Positions 42,406-56,873 are shown, counted from the first letter of the stretch. The stretch: DNA of 64,000 nt from the human T2T-CHM13v2.0 reference genome, Homo sapiens (GCF_009914755.1 NC_060944.1), one strand, 5' to 3'. Notes: generated by a model from the letters alone, not told the origin. Numbers and translations: made by a program.

Positions 42406-44005
42406 GAGTTAAAAATTCAGCTCCTCATTCATACTAAATACCATATTTCAAGGGCTCAGGTGGCTAGTGGCTACAATATTGGCCAGTACAAATCAAGATG
42501 ACAATCTAAGTGACTCAGGAAGGGACACACAAATGTCTATAATCTTGTTCGAAGGAAGGATCAGGGAAAGCCTACACAACTTAAGGACTTTCGAAGCTTC
42601 TCTGGCAAGCACCACAGGGCTGCGCTGCTGGCTGGAGGCCTGTTTTAAGAGGCAGCCACCACTTGGCTTCAGCCAATTGTCACTTAGAGACACAGACCCA
42701 GGATTATCATCTCTACTGATTATTTTTTCCCAAGGGAAATTGGAAATTAGAGGACTTAAAAATGTGAGACCTCCTCATTTTCAAATGATGGCAAGCTATT
42801 TAAAAGGTGTGAAAATCCATTGTGTGTGTTGGGGACGTGGTGGGGGGATGCAGTTTGCTATCTCAGATGGAGATTGGTAGATCCTGATCTTCTGTTGGGA
42901 ATATTTGTCGTCTCAGAGGTCATGGGCAGTACCTTAATCTCCCCCATCCATCTAAAAAATGCAGGCTGCCCCTCCCAGAGTGCTATGTGAGAATTCTGAT
43001 GCAATCCATCAGTTCCCACCCAACTCTTGAAACCTATGCAATTCTCTGAACCCCAGCAACATAATGATACTCCTGGCTTTCCAACCCTGGTTGCACAATG
43101 GAATCAACAATAGGTGCCCAGGTCCCATTCCCAGCAGTTTGGGTGTCATTGGTCTGGCTGGGGCATTGCTTGGGCATAATGGCCTGGCAAAGCTTACTGG
43201 GAGATTCCAGCCCATGGGCAGGGTGGAGAAGCACCCTGCCCTGGAGAAGGTCTCTGGGCCAGGTCTCCACACCTAGGATGCAGCTTCTTGGGCCCAGCGT
43301 GGGTCCTCTGTTCTGATTTGTGCCCAACTTGAACAGCTAAAGGGGGCACCCATAGCTGTGCCTTCCCTGTCTCTCAGCCCAGGCTCCTGTGTGATTCAGG
43401 AAGCTAAATTATATTAATTACATTTCAGAATGTTTTATTCTTGTTGTCTATAACACAAAATAGCCATGCTTGTGACTTTCATAACCCACAGATCGGCTCT
43501 AGCAGAAATGCTGTGTGAAAGAGATATGGCGAGCATCGTTTAATAATTCAAAGAATGGTCACACTGTCCAGAATGAGCCAGTCTTCTTTGTCTTAATGGG
43601 AAAGTTGTAGCCATAGAGGGATTTTAGGAGCTCAGTTAAGATGATACTCAAAAATGTAAAGGTAAGATTTACCTTTTATAACATCTCATTCCCACCCATC
43701 CCAACCCTGTCGCCACAGGGGTTGCTTCGTAGATGTGAGTGTTGCTGTGTCCCGATGTTCAGGTTGTGCACTGCATGTGAGTGTTACACTCAGAGGGGCA
43801 CCATTTACGTAGTCATCATGTACTAAGTTATGTGAGTGATATGGGTAGGCATGAAGAATCCAGACCTCCTGGCAAGTCCTGAGGCAACAGAGGAGAGACC
43901 CTCTTCATAGGCACACATGGCTATGTACACATTCATGAGTGACTGTGCACCCACGATTCCCTGGCGTACCCATACGCACATGGCTGTGCCCTGAGATTGC
44001 CTTTC

Positions 44006-45213
44006 TTTCTTTCTTTCTTTTTTTTTGAGTTGGGTCCATTTTTATTGTGGATCGGGGCTTAGAGCATAAGCACTGGTCAGCATCATTAGCTGCACCATCT
44101 ACCATCCTTCTCTGTGACCCATCTCTATAGGAGCGTCTAAATTTAGCCCAAGAAATCAGGATCAAGAAGGGGGAAAAAAAACCATTGGCCACATGGCCAC
44201 TCCTGCTATATCTACACCTACCAGTCACTGAACACTTACCCAAGGTGACGGTTTCCATGCAGGAGACCCAAGCGGCTCTGCTAGGGACAATAACTTATTT
44301 GCCTAAAGCTTTTTTCTTTCTCAAAAGAGGGGGCAGAGAAGGCTGATTTCTAGAAGTAGATGTGGAATTGAAGAATGTCCCAGGGAGCTAAGTTTTAAGG
44401 ACTAGCCACAAACTTGTTGCTTCTCCAACAATGTCATGAATCCATTCCTTGCACCATCGCACGTTTTTCATGCATTCAAAAGTGTCTCTAGAGCTCCAGA
44501 ACCATGAGTACCTCATCACGTCCTGAGCGTCACATCCCCCAGCAAGCTGCCTGCACCAGGCCTTTCTCTAGAAGTCCTGAGACTGAGTACTCTCCGAAGG
44601 CTGGAGGTTTGTGCGAGTTTGTACGTGTGGTTGAGCGCTTGTGTGAGGAAAGTCCCGCTGGGGTTGATCTCCATCAAGGTCAAGTTATCCGGCTTGGCAT
44701 GTGCCTCCTGTTGCCTCACAAAGCTGTCAGCAGACACTCGGAGTTTGGCTATACGAGTGTCCCATATATCCTTGACCAGGGTCCGGATTTCGTCTGCCTT
44801 CGGGATGTTGTCTGAAGCATGATTTAATGGGAGCTTGGTAAGTTCCATGTAGTAAAGGCTGGTGGGCATTGAGGTAAAAAAGTTTCTTCCTTTCATTCAT
44901 GATCCCTCATCTTCTCCAACTTTTCTATGTTCATCCACTCCGGAGGGAGCAGTCGACATTTCTGCTTTTGTTTCAGGTTAATTGCCAGCCACGGGGGTAC
45001 TTCCACTGGTAAACCAGGGTTAAAAGGCCCCAGGTACCCACCCCAATGAGGTAGCTCTTGTCCAGACTGAAGTTGGGGATAATGGTAACCAGCTCCTTCT
45101 CAGCCAGGAACTCGACCTCGGCCACGTCCATGGCGGCGCGAGTGGCCAGCTCGGGCCTCACAGTCTCCTTGGGCCCTTCAGTGTCCCGGAGGAGGTGCCG
45201 CAGCCACTGTTTT
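44006..45213 (-). pseudogene. GINS2 (PSF2) processed pseudogene; CDS remnant 45131 to 44568
   Basis: [25 protein letters not shown]..., [61 protein letters not shown], ...ESTQSQDF*; intronless; AATAAA (minus, 44041-44046); poly(A); 17-bp TSD ccc(t/c)gagattgcctttc at 43989-44005 and 45214-45230; frameshifts and a premature TGA. Confidence 0.96.
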
Positions 45214-46382
45214 CCCCGAGATTGCCTTTCAATCTCTGCTCTAAGAGGTCCAATTTCTATCCTTTATTGATTCCTGACTCAGAACCGGATGTGTCTCTTT
45301 ATCTGGGGGTTGGAGATAGGGTGGAACATGGAGCGTGCACACAGCCAGTGGCGTGTGCACCTGGCACCTGGGAATGGTGTGAGTGGCAGAGAGTGGGCTC
45401 ACCGCACCTCTGGCAGAGCTGCTGGGGTTGTGCGATAGCGTGCTGTCCCTGTCAGCTATCACTGTGTGACAAATGATCCCCAAACCCAGCAGCAATCATT
45501 TCCCTAAGCGACGATTGTGTACTCCCGCTCCTGTGTCTGAAGGTGGCTGGGGATTAGTTGCTCTACCCTAGGCTCTGCTGGGCAGCTCCATTTCTAGCCA
45601 TGGGTCTGGCTGAACTTACTCCTCCCTGCTTACTGGGCTGTGGTCTGTGCCATAGGTGTTCATTCTGGGACCCAGGCGGCAGCTGTCCAGGGACGGCTCT
45701 TCTCATGGTGTTGATAGCGGTGTGAGAGGGCCACCCCACCACCCAGGCACATTGCATACCTGGGCTTGCCCAGAGCCAAAGGCACATGGCATCCCACACA
45801 GCCACTCCCTGATGGTGGCTAGCTCTCTCACCCACCTCTCTCCCTCCTTTCCCTTCACCCCAAGCTTCTCACCTTCCCCCAGATTCCCTGCTCAGCAAAG
45901 TAAAGCTTGGCACTGCCCAACAGCGGCTGTTGCTCTTCCAGCCTTCCCCACTGGGGACAATCTCAATTCATTGCTCCACAACATATCATTACCCAACAAC
46001 AATTATGGGACAAGAGATACGTTCAAAAGAGTCCAGGAACTCTGTGGCTCAGGTGATAGGGATAAGAGCTCAGCTGATCAGAGGCAGAGCTGGGGCTACA
46101 TCTGGGCTGGTGGTATTCCCTCACCAACCACAGGCTGCATCCAGCCAGTGAAAGAAAAGAAAACATTCACAATTGAGGAAAGACCGTTGTACAAGCGGCT
46201 TATTACACAGTGGTTGAGAACATGGACTACAGAGCCAGACTTCCTGGGGCCAAATGCAGTTCTGCCATTTACTAGTCAGGTAACCTTGCAGAAGTCACTT
46301 TATCGCTGTGCCTCTGTTTGACCATCTGTGAAATGGGATGATAAGAAGTTGTGAAGAGTAAATGAATTAATCCATGCTAAGC

Positions 46383-46590
46383 AGTGTTTCTCAGCCAGAA
46401 TGATGGTGTTCCCCAGGGAACATTTGGCAAGGTCTGGAGACCTTGTCATTGTTAAAACTGAGAGGGATGCTTTGGCGTCTAGTGGGTAGAGGGCAGGGAT
46501 GCTGCTAACTTACTACAGTGCACAGGACAGCCCTCCTTCACAGCAAAGAATCATCCTCCTGACATGCTGTTAGTACTGAGCTTGAGGAAC
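46383..46590. mobile_element. MER20-like DNA transposon, followed by an Alu fragment (46591-46698, minus)
   Basis: cagtgtttctca..catttggcaaggtctggagac..ctagtgggtagagg.cagggatgctgctaa..tgcacaggacagccc. Confidence 0.8.
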
Positions 46591-47757
46591 TTTATTTATT
46601 TATTTATTTATTTATTTATTTTGAGACGGAGTCTCACGCTGTTGCCCAGGCTGGAGTGCAGTGGCACAGTCTCGGCTCACTGCAACCTCCACTTCCTAGA
46701 TTCGGTGGAACTGAAGGCTGCCCCCAAAGCCCTATTCACCACTTTTGGGGGAAGCCCTTGGCTGGGTTGCTGAAGCCAGGCCACGCTCCCTGCCCCAGCA
46801 GGTCCAGGCTGAGCTGACCTGGTTTGGCTGCTGGAGAGGAGGCTCAGCCACACCTCCACCGACTCATCCCGATGGCCCGCATTCTTGCTCCCTCGGTCAT
46901 GCTGGCTTTCGGCTTCCCTGAACAGGCTCTCGGCTTCGCTGAGCAGGCTCTTGCTTCTGTGGCTCTCAGCTTTACATGGGTTTCTGCAGCCCTGCCCTTG
47001 GGAAAGGCCTTTGCTCCACTGTCATATTATTCTCACTGCCTGCTATGACCTCACGGGCAAGGGTCTCGCTAAGATCACCTTGCAAAGCCCCCTTCTCTAC
47101 CCCTGTCTTCCCATTTTATGGACTTGGAAGCTGAGGTCCATCGAGAAAAAGGGACGTGCCCACAGCTGCACAGAACATGAGCAGGGGAGCTTGGATGGGA
47201 GCCGAGGACTTCTAGGACCTGCCTCATCTTTCAGGCCACCTAGGGGGAAAGTTCATGTGTGTGGAGAGAAGGGCTTTGCATTCAGGAAGGCTCTAAGCCT
47301 CTGTGAGGGCTCCGGCCCTCTGACTCACTGCAGGAATATATTTCTTCATGCTCTGTGCTTGTAAGCCCCTGCCCACTCTGCAGGACAGGAACTAGAGGCC
47401 ACTCACTGGCTGGGCAGTCTTGGGTGAGCCACTTGCTGTGTCTGAATCTCAGATAGGAAGAGTCCAGAAGCAACATATATTGATCAAACTAACATTGACT
47501 GAGGACTTCCTATTCTAAGCACCTTAGGTGTATTAGCTTCCTAGTAACTGGCCATAGTAAGGGCTCGATAAACATTTGCTGAATGAGTGAATTGGCTCTT
47601 ACACTACACTGCCCCAGGTAGTCTCTGTTAGCTTCATATTAAAATGAGGAAGCTAAGGTCCAGCCAGGTTTGGGGACTCCCCAAGGTGACGTTGCTAATA
47701 AACAACAAATCTAGGATTCAAATTCAGACCCAGTTGACACTAGAGCCAAATTTCTTG

Positions 47758-48065
<308 letters not shown>

Positions 48066-48093
48066 AAAGTTCTTGACTTCTAAATTTACAAAT

Positions 48094-48620
48094 CTGTTTA
48101 TCTATTGCTTAGTGGCACATAACAACCATCATTTTATTCCGCTTAGCGATTCGATGGGTAAGGAATTGGGACAGAGCGGGCAAGAATACCTGCTCTCTGC
48201 TCCATGATGTCTGGGGTATCACCTGGGAAGACTGAATGGCTGCGGGTGACTTCATGCTGGGGACTGGAGCCATCTGTCTGGAAGTTTCTCCACTCATGTG
48301 TCTGACACCTACACTCAAATGATTCAAGGGTGAGGTTCGGCTAGGGCTGTTGACTGGGGCACCTGCATGTCACCTGGCACTTGGCCTGAGCTTCTCAACA
48401 TAGCAACCCCTTCCAAGGAGCAAGCAGAGAGTGAGAGAGCCAGGTGGGATCAGCTTGGTCACTATGACCAGACAGAGAAGTCTCATCGCTCGACCTCTGC
48501 TGTGTCCTCTTAGCTGAAGCTGTCACAGCCTGACAGATTCAAGGGGAGGAGACATAGGCCCCACCTCCCCATGGGAGGACTGTAAAAGAATTTTGGGACC
48601 ATACGTGATATCCACCACAA
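48094..48620. mobile_element. Old MLT1 (F/G/H-like) LTR; similar elements at ~45425-45790 and ~53640-54155
   Basis: Typical MLT1 text (ctctgctccatgatgtctgggg...cagattcaaggggagg...ccccacctc). Confidence 0.65.
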
Positions 48621-49462
48621 CTACTGTATTCTAGGCAGTGTTCTAGGCACTGGGGAGACAGCAGGGAATAGAGAAGCCAAGAAAGAAATAGTTCCAGCAG
48701 AAATGAATGTGTTATGGAGAAGCAGATGGCAGAGACGTAATCCAGGTTAGGGATGAGAAAGGTTGTATTTGAGGAAGTGACTTTAAGTCTGAGACAGGAC
48801 ATTCCAGGCAGAGGGAAGAAGGAGGTACGTGAGACGAGGCTAGAAGCATGGGCAGGTCAGTCCAATGCCTTCGTAAGGCATTTGGATTTTATCCTCAGGG
48901 TCCTGGGATACCATGAGGATTCCTAGATGCGGTGAAAGGCCAGTATTGTGAGCTTGGAAGATCTTTCTGAACCAGAGAAGGGTATCTAGACGAAACATGG
49001 GAAGACTGCGATGAGGCTGTGGTCCAGGCGAGAAGTGATGGTGGCTTGGACCAGAGTGGTGGTTCAGAAGTTGGTGGATAGAAATGTTGTATGAAAGGTA
49101 ACATTCATTAGGGGTTCATGGGATGTGGAGACACCAAAAAGGGTGTGAGGAGTGGCTCTCAGAGTGCTTGATGGAACCATCTGATGAGACAGGGAACTCT
49201 GAGAGGGGCACAGTGTCTACAGTGGGGAAGGAAAAATGCATTCAGATTACTTCATTTACACCTGGGGCCTCCCTAAATCATCTAGTATGGCAGTTAAGTG
49301 CCCTGGTAGTGGGGCTTTCAACCTGGGTTCGTATCCGGGCTTTGTCACTTGCCAATGGGACAAGTCTTGGTGGGTCCCCCAATCCCGTTGGGTCTGTTTC
49401 CTTGTCTGTAAGTTGGAAACAATAGCACCCCTACATGGCACTGATGTATTAAACTGAGGTTT

Positions 49463-49735
49463 GGCCAGGCTTGATGGCTTACATGTGGAATCTCAGCACT
49501 TTGGGAGGATCACTGGAGTCAAGGCATTTAAGGGCAGCCTGAGCAGCATAGCAAGACCTCGTCTCTACTGAAATGAAAAATTAACTGGGCATGGTGGCAT
49601 GTGCCTATAATTCTAGCTACTTGGGGGGCTGAGGTGGGAGCATCGCTTGAGCCCAAGACTTCGAGGCAGCAGTGAGCTATGATCGCGCCATTGCCTTCGA
49701 GACAGAGCAAGACCCTTTCCAAATAAAAAGAAATA
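49463..49735 (+). mobile_element. Diverged Alu (AluJ-like)
   Basis: Alu text; taaactga direct repeat on both sides. Confidence 0.82.
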
Positions 49736-51429
49736 AACTGATGCTTGAACATGTTTGCCCCTGGGCATGTAGTAGGTATTCAGTAAAGGTTTGAAAACCA
49801 AATTACAACTGGAGGCCACGCTGTATACTTAGCACCTGAGTACTTTTCTGCATGCGCTATACCTCAACAAAGCGCTGGAAACAAAACAAACAAAACATCA
49901 GCTATATTTGTGAGGTTCTGAACACCTTTTGTGGATGCGTTCTCTTCCTATCGTTCTCTTCCTAGAAGGGGGTACTCACCGCCATGCTGCAAAATGTGAT
50001 GTTGGAACAATGACACCTTTAGCACTGCGGGTGTTTCATTTTGTTTCTGTTCTTTCCCCTCTCTGACCTCCTCAGAATGTTCTTCCAAAGAAATAATTGC
50101 TGCCCCCTCACTGCTTAGCTATCAAATGGTGATAGTGTTGACAATTTTGCTTGGGTTTAGTCGCTGCAGTTTTCAAATTGTCACGAAAACACACAGATGC
50201 TGGTAATTTCAAAGCGAATCGCAAAGCAACCAAAGAAACGGAGCTGTGCCCCCAGCATGGGGTGCCAAACAGATTCGCAGGAGGCACTGACTGGCAGTTT
50301 TCTTGAAAAGCATAAATAGAGCAGAACAGCCAATTTTATAATTAACTGGGACTTGGTCTCCAGTGAAGCTTCTGCTCTGTGCAAATGCCGGAGCCGTTGC
50401 CAGGAGGTTGTGCCCTGTCCCTTCCTTCAGGCTCTGGCCGACTGGAGGTTTCTTTGCTTTACCACATTTTGAGTCTGTTTCAGGATGGAATTGTTTAGGA
50501 CTCGGAGTTGAGCTCTGTGTGGGCAGGACGCTTGAGAGGAAGCCACAAGCCAGGGTCTACGGTAAAATCCTGGCAGGAAAGGCCATGTGCAGAAAGAACA
50601 TGGGTCCCTCATTCAAACATTGTTAAGAATTTTGAGATGGTGACAGCAGTTCTCTGAACGAAGTGTGGGCTGCTTCCAAACCTGGGCCCTGTGTGACTGC
50701 ACAGGTCGCACATCCATGGAGCCGGCCCTAGGTCCTGGATTACACCTCCAGAAACTGGGGGGACAACAGTGAGTGAGGTCATAGGCTGAGGGCAAAATAC
50801 AACTTCAGGGACTCCAGGGGATGGGATCCCACAAGATGGGGGCTAAGCAGGCAGCAGGGGTAAAATCAGAACAAACAAACATCCAATAAAATAGTCCTTT
50901 TTTAGAGGCAATGTGATAAGAGTTCACAAACCCTTTGATTCAGCAATTCTACTTCTAGGATTCTCTTCTACTGTACAAAGGAACAAAGGTAACAGATGGT
51001 ATTATTTGTGATATTGATGAATAGAAACAACCCAAATCTCCATCAAAAGGAAATGGGGATATTTCAAATAAATGCGCTGTGTGGGGGACCTTCCTGTGAG
51101 CATCCAGCTCCTCAGCAAAGAGCTATCAAATGCTTAGCATGCATGGGACTCTTGTGGGGCTGGTGGAGGACTTGAGTTCTGTGTCTTGGCTGACATGAGC
51201 CCAAAACAATGTCCCCTGAGTGAAGAAGAGAGTGCCTGCCTTTAGGTTAAATATGCCTGGGGAGAAACATGAGATGTCTGCACACCAAAGTGTTAGCATG
51301 GAAAACGTGGTCGTAGCCACAGGAGAATGATTGATATTCTACTTTGCTCACTTCTGCATTGCTGGGAATTTTTACAATAACTGCATATTGATTTTATAAG
51401 GGAAAATATAGCTAACAAAAATGTTTTAA

Positions 51430-51745
51430 GGCCGGGCTCAATGGCTCATTCCTGTAATCCCAGTACTTTAGGAGGCCAAGGCAGGCGGATTGCTTGAGCC
51501 CAGGAGTTCGAGAACAGCCTGGGTAACATGGCAAAAACCCTGTCTCTACAAAAAATGCAAAAATTAGCCAGGCATGGTCATGTGTGCCTGTAGTCCCAGC
51601 TACTCAGGAGTCTGAGGTGGGAGGATGGCTTGAGCCTGGGAGGCGGAGGTTGCCGTGAGTCATATCGCACCACTGCACTCCAGCCTGGGCCATAGAACCA
51701 GACCTTGCCTCAAAAAACAAAAACAAACAAACAAACAAACAAAAA
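51430..51745 (+). mobile_element. Alu (AluJ-like) with (CAAA)n tail
   Basis: Forward Alu. Confidence 0.9.
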
Positions 51746-53016
51746 CAGAAAAGCACATATATATATATTTTTTTTTTAAAAAGGCAGCATGTGGATGACT
51801 TTTCCTTTTTAATCCAAATGAGTCTTGTTTTTTAATAGGGCAGTTCAAACCACCTATGTTTATTGGTTTTCTTTGCCTTTTGTTGGTTTCCACATGGGAG
51901 CTTAAATATCTATAGAACTTGCAGAATATACATTTTTCCCACTTGAGGAAACTGGGGAAATGGATTTCTTCCCTCTCTTCTGGCAGGGGTAGTTTATGGT
52001 CTATTTGCTGGCATGTGTCAGGGTCTAGGTGATTCCAGTCTAGTATTTTTGCCATTATGACCAACCCTACCATTTCTCAAGGATTTGGGCCAGCAACAGG
52101 GACATTTTGTCCCTAAGCTCATCTGAAGTCCTGGACTTCATTTATATGGACCAGGAGACTTGCACTGTCTTACCCTGAGATTCTTTGATTGCATGAAGCA
52201 GAAATTCATTGAGTGTAGCTTGGGAAGAAGAGGGGGATTAAAGGGAAGGATGTGGGAGTCAGGGCTCTAGGGGTAAACCACATAGCCTGGATCATGAAAG
52301 GCTGCAACTGGGACCTGGAAAATCAAGCTTAGGTTACCCCACATCCCTCCATGCCTGCAGAGGGTCTCCTCTCTGCTTCTTTTGGAAGACTGGCCACTCC
52401 AGCCCCACACAGCTTCCAGTTCACGTGCCTGATACTGACCCCTCTGCCCTTGGTTCAACACCTTGAGAGAATGAGATTGGCTCAGTGATGTATAGCACCT
52501 CTGTGATCAGGTACCTGCTCTGTTCAAAGCTGGCTGGGAGAGGGGAGGAGATGAGGTGCTCCTGTGATACAAACAGGAGACCCAGGGCTTGGCAGCCAGA
52601 CTCACAAAGGAGGAAGTGTGAGGGAAGGAGACAGGAGACTTTCTGGGTAAAAATTCAGTGAGATCCACGAGACACTGCCCTGTCATTTCCTCGCCTGTCC
52701 TGGTGTTTAATCCCCTCTTGGGAATGCTGCCTTTACCGTAGGTATGTCCAAGACTGTTAGCCTTGACCAAGAAGGTGGAAGCAAGCAGAGCAGTCTGGCC
52801 CTGCTCTGTCCCCTGCAGCATTGCTGGTTTCCAAGGATCCCGCAGGGGTGATGGGTCACCAGTCAATTTGCTGAGATCACCCTGAGAAACATGCCTAGGA
52901 AGCTTGCTTAGCCCCCAGGGGCCCAGGCTGATTTCTGGAGAGCCACAAGCCTCAGCACAACCCCCATCATAAGCAGAGACTTGCTGACCTCCCTGCACCT
53001 TCCCCACTTGCTACAG

Positions 53017-53216
53017 CTCTGGCCCCTCCTCAGGCCGAATGGATCAGCTTCCCCAGAAGAATCTCCTGCGACTACACCCTGCTGGCTCTGCTGGCTGTTC
53101 CACTGGAGTGGAGAGCTCCAGCATGGATGGCTTTTGGATGGAGGTGGAACAGATCCAACAGAGAGATGAGCTGAGGGAAGAGGACAGTGGCGGGAATGAA
53201 GGCCAGCTTCCAGAGG
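53017..53216 (+). CDS. ARHGAP40: ARHGAP40 exon 2, SGPSSGRMDQLPQKNLLRLHPAGSAGCSTGVESSSMDGFWMEVEQIQQRDELREEDSGGNEGQLPE
   Basis: Acceptor ctacag ending 53016, donor g|gtgaga at 53217; SMDxFWxEVExI motif typical of ARHGAP18/28/40 N-termini. Confidence 0.9.
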
Positions 53217-54917
53217 GTGAGAGACCCTGGCGGGGGCCTATAGGGGTGGTGGGAGGGCTTGATTCCAGGCAGAGAAATGTCAGAGGATCCAGATATGAAC
53301 CAGAACATGACAGCATTTTCTCTGTTGCCTGGACTGGTGCAGTATCCTCTTCACTGCTCTCCCTGCTTCACCCGTGATCCTTACTGTCTGTTCTCCATGC
53401 CATAGTCAAGACGATCTTTTAGTAATGTAAATTAGATTATGTCCCTCCTTAGAGTAAGTCCTTCAGGAAATATTTTTTGAGTGCCTATTATGTGCCAGGC
53501 ACTGTTTAGGCACTGGGGATACAACAGTGAACACAAAACAGTCTCCTATATACAGACCTAATGTTCTAGGGAAATTCTAAGCCCTCTGCTCTAAATCCTC
53601 AAATATCTCTCCATCTATCTCAGAGTAATAGACAATTATGTGTCCCTATTATCTACTACTATGTAACAAACCACCTCAAGCTTAGAAGCATAATGCAGCA
53701 ATAATCAATTATTATGACTATTACTATACCTCACTGTTGGAGGGGTTGAGTGGGCTCAGCTAGGTGGTTCTTGCTCAGGGCCTCTCATGCAGTTACAATC
53801 AAATGGTAGCTGGGGCTGGACTCATCTCAAAAGATTTCTCATCTATGTGCCTGGTGGTGGATGTGACCATCAGGGGGCCTCATCTGGGATTATCATCTGG
53901 AATACCTGCATGAGGCCTCCACATGTGGCCTGGGCTTCCTCACAGCATGGCGGCTGGGTTCCAAGCACAAGACCAAGAGAGAGAGCTGGGTAGAAGCTGT
54001 CTTGCTGCTTATGACCCAGCTTTAGAAGAAAGACAACATTGCTTCTGCTGCATTCTGTTACCCTGCATGCAGCTATGTTCAAGGGGAGGGGAATTAGACT
54101 CCACCCCTTGATGGGGTGAGAGTCAAAGAATTTGGGGACGTGTAATAAAGCCACCAGATCATAACTTACCAGGCTTTACATAATTGGCTTCGTGCCTCCT
54201 CTCTGCCTCTTCTCCTCCCACCCTGACTGGCTGTCACTCTACTTCTGTCCTCGGGCCTCCTTGCTGGTCCTTGACCCTAAAAGCACTTTCCTGCCTCAAG
54301 TCCTTTGGTTCTCTCTGCTCCCTTGGCCTCAAATGCTCTTGCCCCAGGCATCTGCATGGCTTGTTCTCTCCAGTCAGGACTGGGCTCAAATGTTACCTCC
54401 TCAGAGAGGTCTTCACCAGCTTCCCTACACAAAATAGCACCCCTGCCCCATCACTCTCTAGCCCCTGCCCTACTCTGTTCGTTGCTGCAGCAATGATCAC
54501 TGCCTGACTTTACCTAGTGCACTTCACTGTGCATGTGTCTGTGACCCCCACTAGAATGTAACTTCCATGAGGCCAGGGACATCATCGGCCCTTTTCACTG
54601 CTGTGTCCACAGTGCCTAGAACAGAGCCAAGCACATTCCCCTCCTCCATCCTTACTTGTTCAGCAGATGAGGGAATGAAAGGGCTCCACATGGAACCCTT
54701 CCTGGTTTGGCATGTAATTCAGCTGGGCTTGCCCCTGGTTGGCAAAACAGACCACGTGGTGATGCAGACCTCCTAAGGGCCTAATAGTCTCATGCAGTGC
54801 CTCCAAGTGTAAATGTAAAAACATCCCTGGTTACACTAGAAGTGGTTTCAGGAGATGCCCTGCATAGGAGGTCCTCCATGTGGCCTCTCTGGAATCATGA
54901 TGTGGCCAGCAATCTAA

Positions 54918-55404
<487 letters not shown>

Positions 55405-56652
55405 TGAACCAGAGGGATTGTTAATAATTTATTTTTCCCATCAATGTCTACTCATGGCAGGTGATGTTGGATGCTCCATTTATGGTGGGGATCTTGTTTC
55501 CTTTTAAAATAGATGTGTTTTAGTAAAAAATGTAGCCCATGATTAAGGGGATATATTTGGTAAGGAATTTTACAGGGACAATTAGATACAGATAAAAATT
55601 ATAAAGGTGGTTGGTGAATGCCTACATTTCAAGAAACAGTGGCTCATTGAAAGGATCCTGTACAAACAAAAAAATGTCTGGCATCATGATAGAATCAGTA
55701 CCTCCACCAGCCAGCACAAGTCAGGAATGGACCCACAACATTGCAACTGCCCTGGAGGCATCTGTTCTGGTTCCCAAGTGCAGGGAAAGTGTTGGGGGAA
55801 GACTTGGATTATTTGCAAAACCCAGGCTGCCATAAAAGCAGTTTTGTTTGAGTTTTTAAAACACTTATTACCTTGTTGACTAACTGGGTCAACACTGGGT
55901 ACAACTGTACACCCCACCAATCCTCTCACACATGTGTTCAATTTCCAGTAAGAGCTCTTGTCCATTTCCCCCATGATAAGGCCAGTGTTTCTCAAGTGTG
56001 GTCTGAAGACCCTATTGCATTAGAATAATCTGAGGAAGACATTCGAAGTGCAGATTCTCAGGCCCGAGGCCTGAACTCCTGGAACAGAATCCCTGGAGGT
56101 AAGACCCGAGATCCTGAAATCTCAACACACCCTCCCATTCCAGTTAATGGTTTTGCTATGGGACTATGAGAGTTTCCTTAGGAAGCACAGTAGAGGGGAC
56201 AATTCCAACACAAATAAGGTCTTGAATATGGAGGACTTCCCAAAGGGACATCAACACCCAGCACCAACTTCCCAAGGGGACACCATGTGACCCTGTAGTG
56301 GTCTCTGCCAGATTTTGGATAAGTGGGTTCATTACTTTGGAGAGAAGTGGGTCCAAAATCTGAACATGCAGGGCCCTTCACCCACCTCTGTTTTCCAGGG
56401 ATTGCTATGTTATGGGTTGACATCCATACACTGGCTAATGCTATCAGTACCCCCCACCCCGCCCCCAGTTCTCAGAAGGCTCATTAGATCTTCTCCCCCG
56501 GAGAGTCTGGTTGGTGTTAATAGGTCTCACGATCAGATATGCAGAAACTCCTGTGTCCAGGTGAGTGTGTGCTTCTATGCAGAACTTTGGTTAGCACGAG
56601 TGGCTGAGTGCAGAGCTGTGTGTGTTCATCTGGGTTCTACTTCTGTTGGCAG

Positions 56653-56873
56653 AAGGGGAAGCTGAATCCCAGTGGCTGCAGGACACAGGCCTGTCGGGCC
56701 TCCTTGGTGGCCTGGGCTTGGATGGTGATCACCAGGAGCTCCTGTCCACCCTGACACAGACCCAGGTGGCCGCTGTGTGCCGCCGGCTGGACATCTATGC
56801 TCGCTCAGTGCGAAGACAACACAAGACACCTGTCAGAGATGTCAGGGATGTCTTTGGGGTCTTCAATTCAGGG
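56653..56873 (+). CDS. ARHGAP40: ARHGAP40 exon 3, EGEAESQWLQDTGLSGLLGG...LLSTLTQTQVAAVCRRLDIYARSVRRQHKTPVRDVRDVFGVFNSG
   Basis: Acceptor ttggcag, donor gtaagt at 56874; WL..GLS..L, LSTLT.TQ.AAV and DVRD.F motifs of the ARHGAP18/28/40 family. Confidence 0.93.

Noticed and set aside
44516-45161. Functional GINS2 paralogue
   Set aside because: Multiple frameshifts and an in-frame stop; retrocopy hallmarks indicate a pseudogene.
45656-46321. 221-aa intronic ORF
   Set aside because: Non-ATG start, spans MLT1- and MIR-like relics, no recognisable homology.
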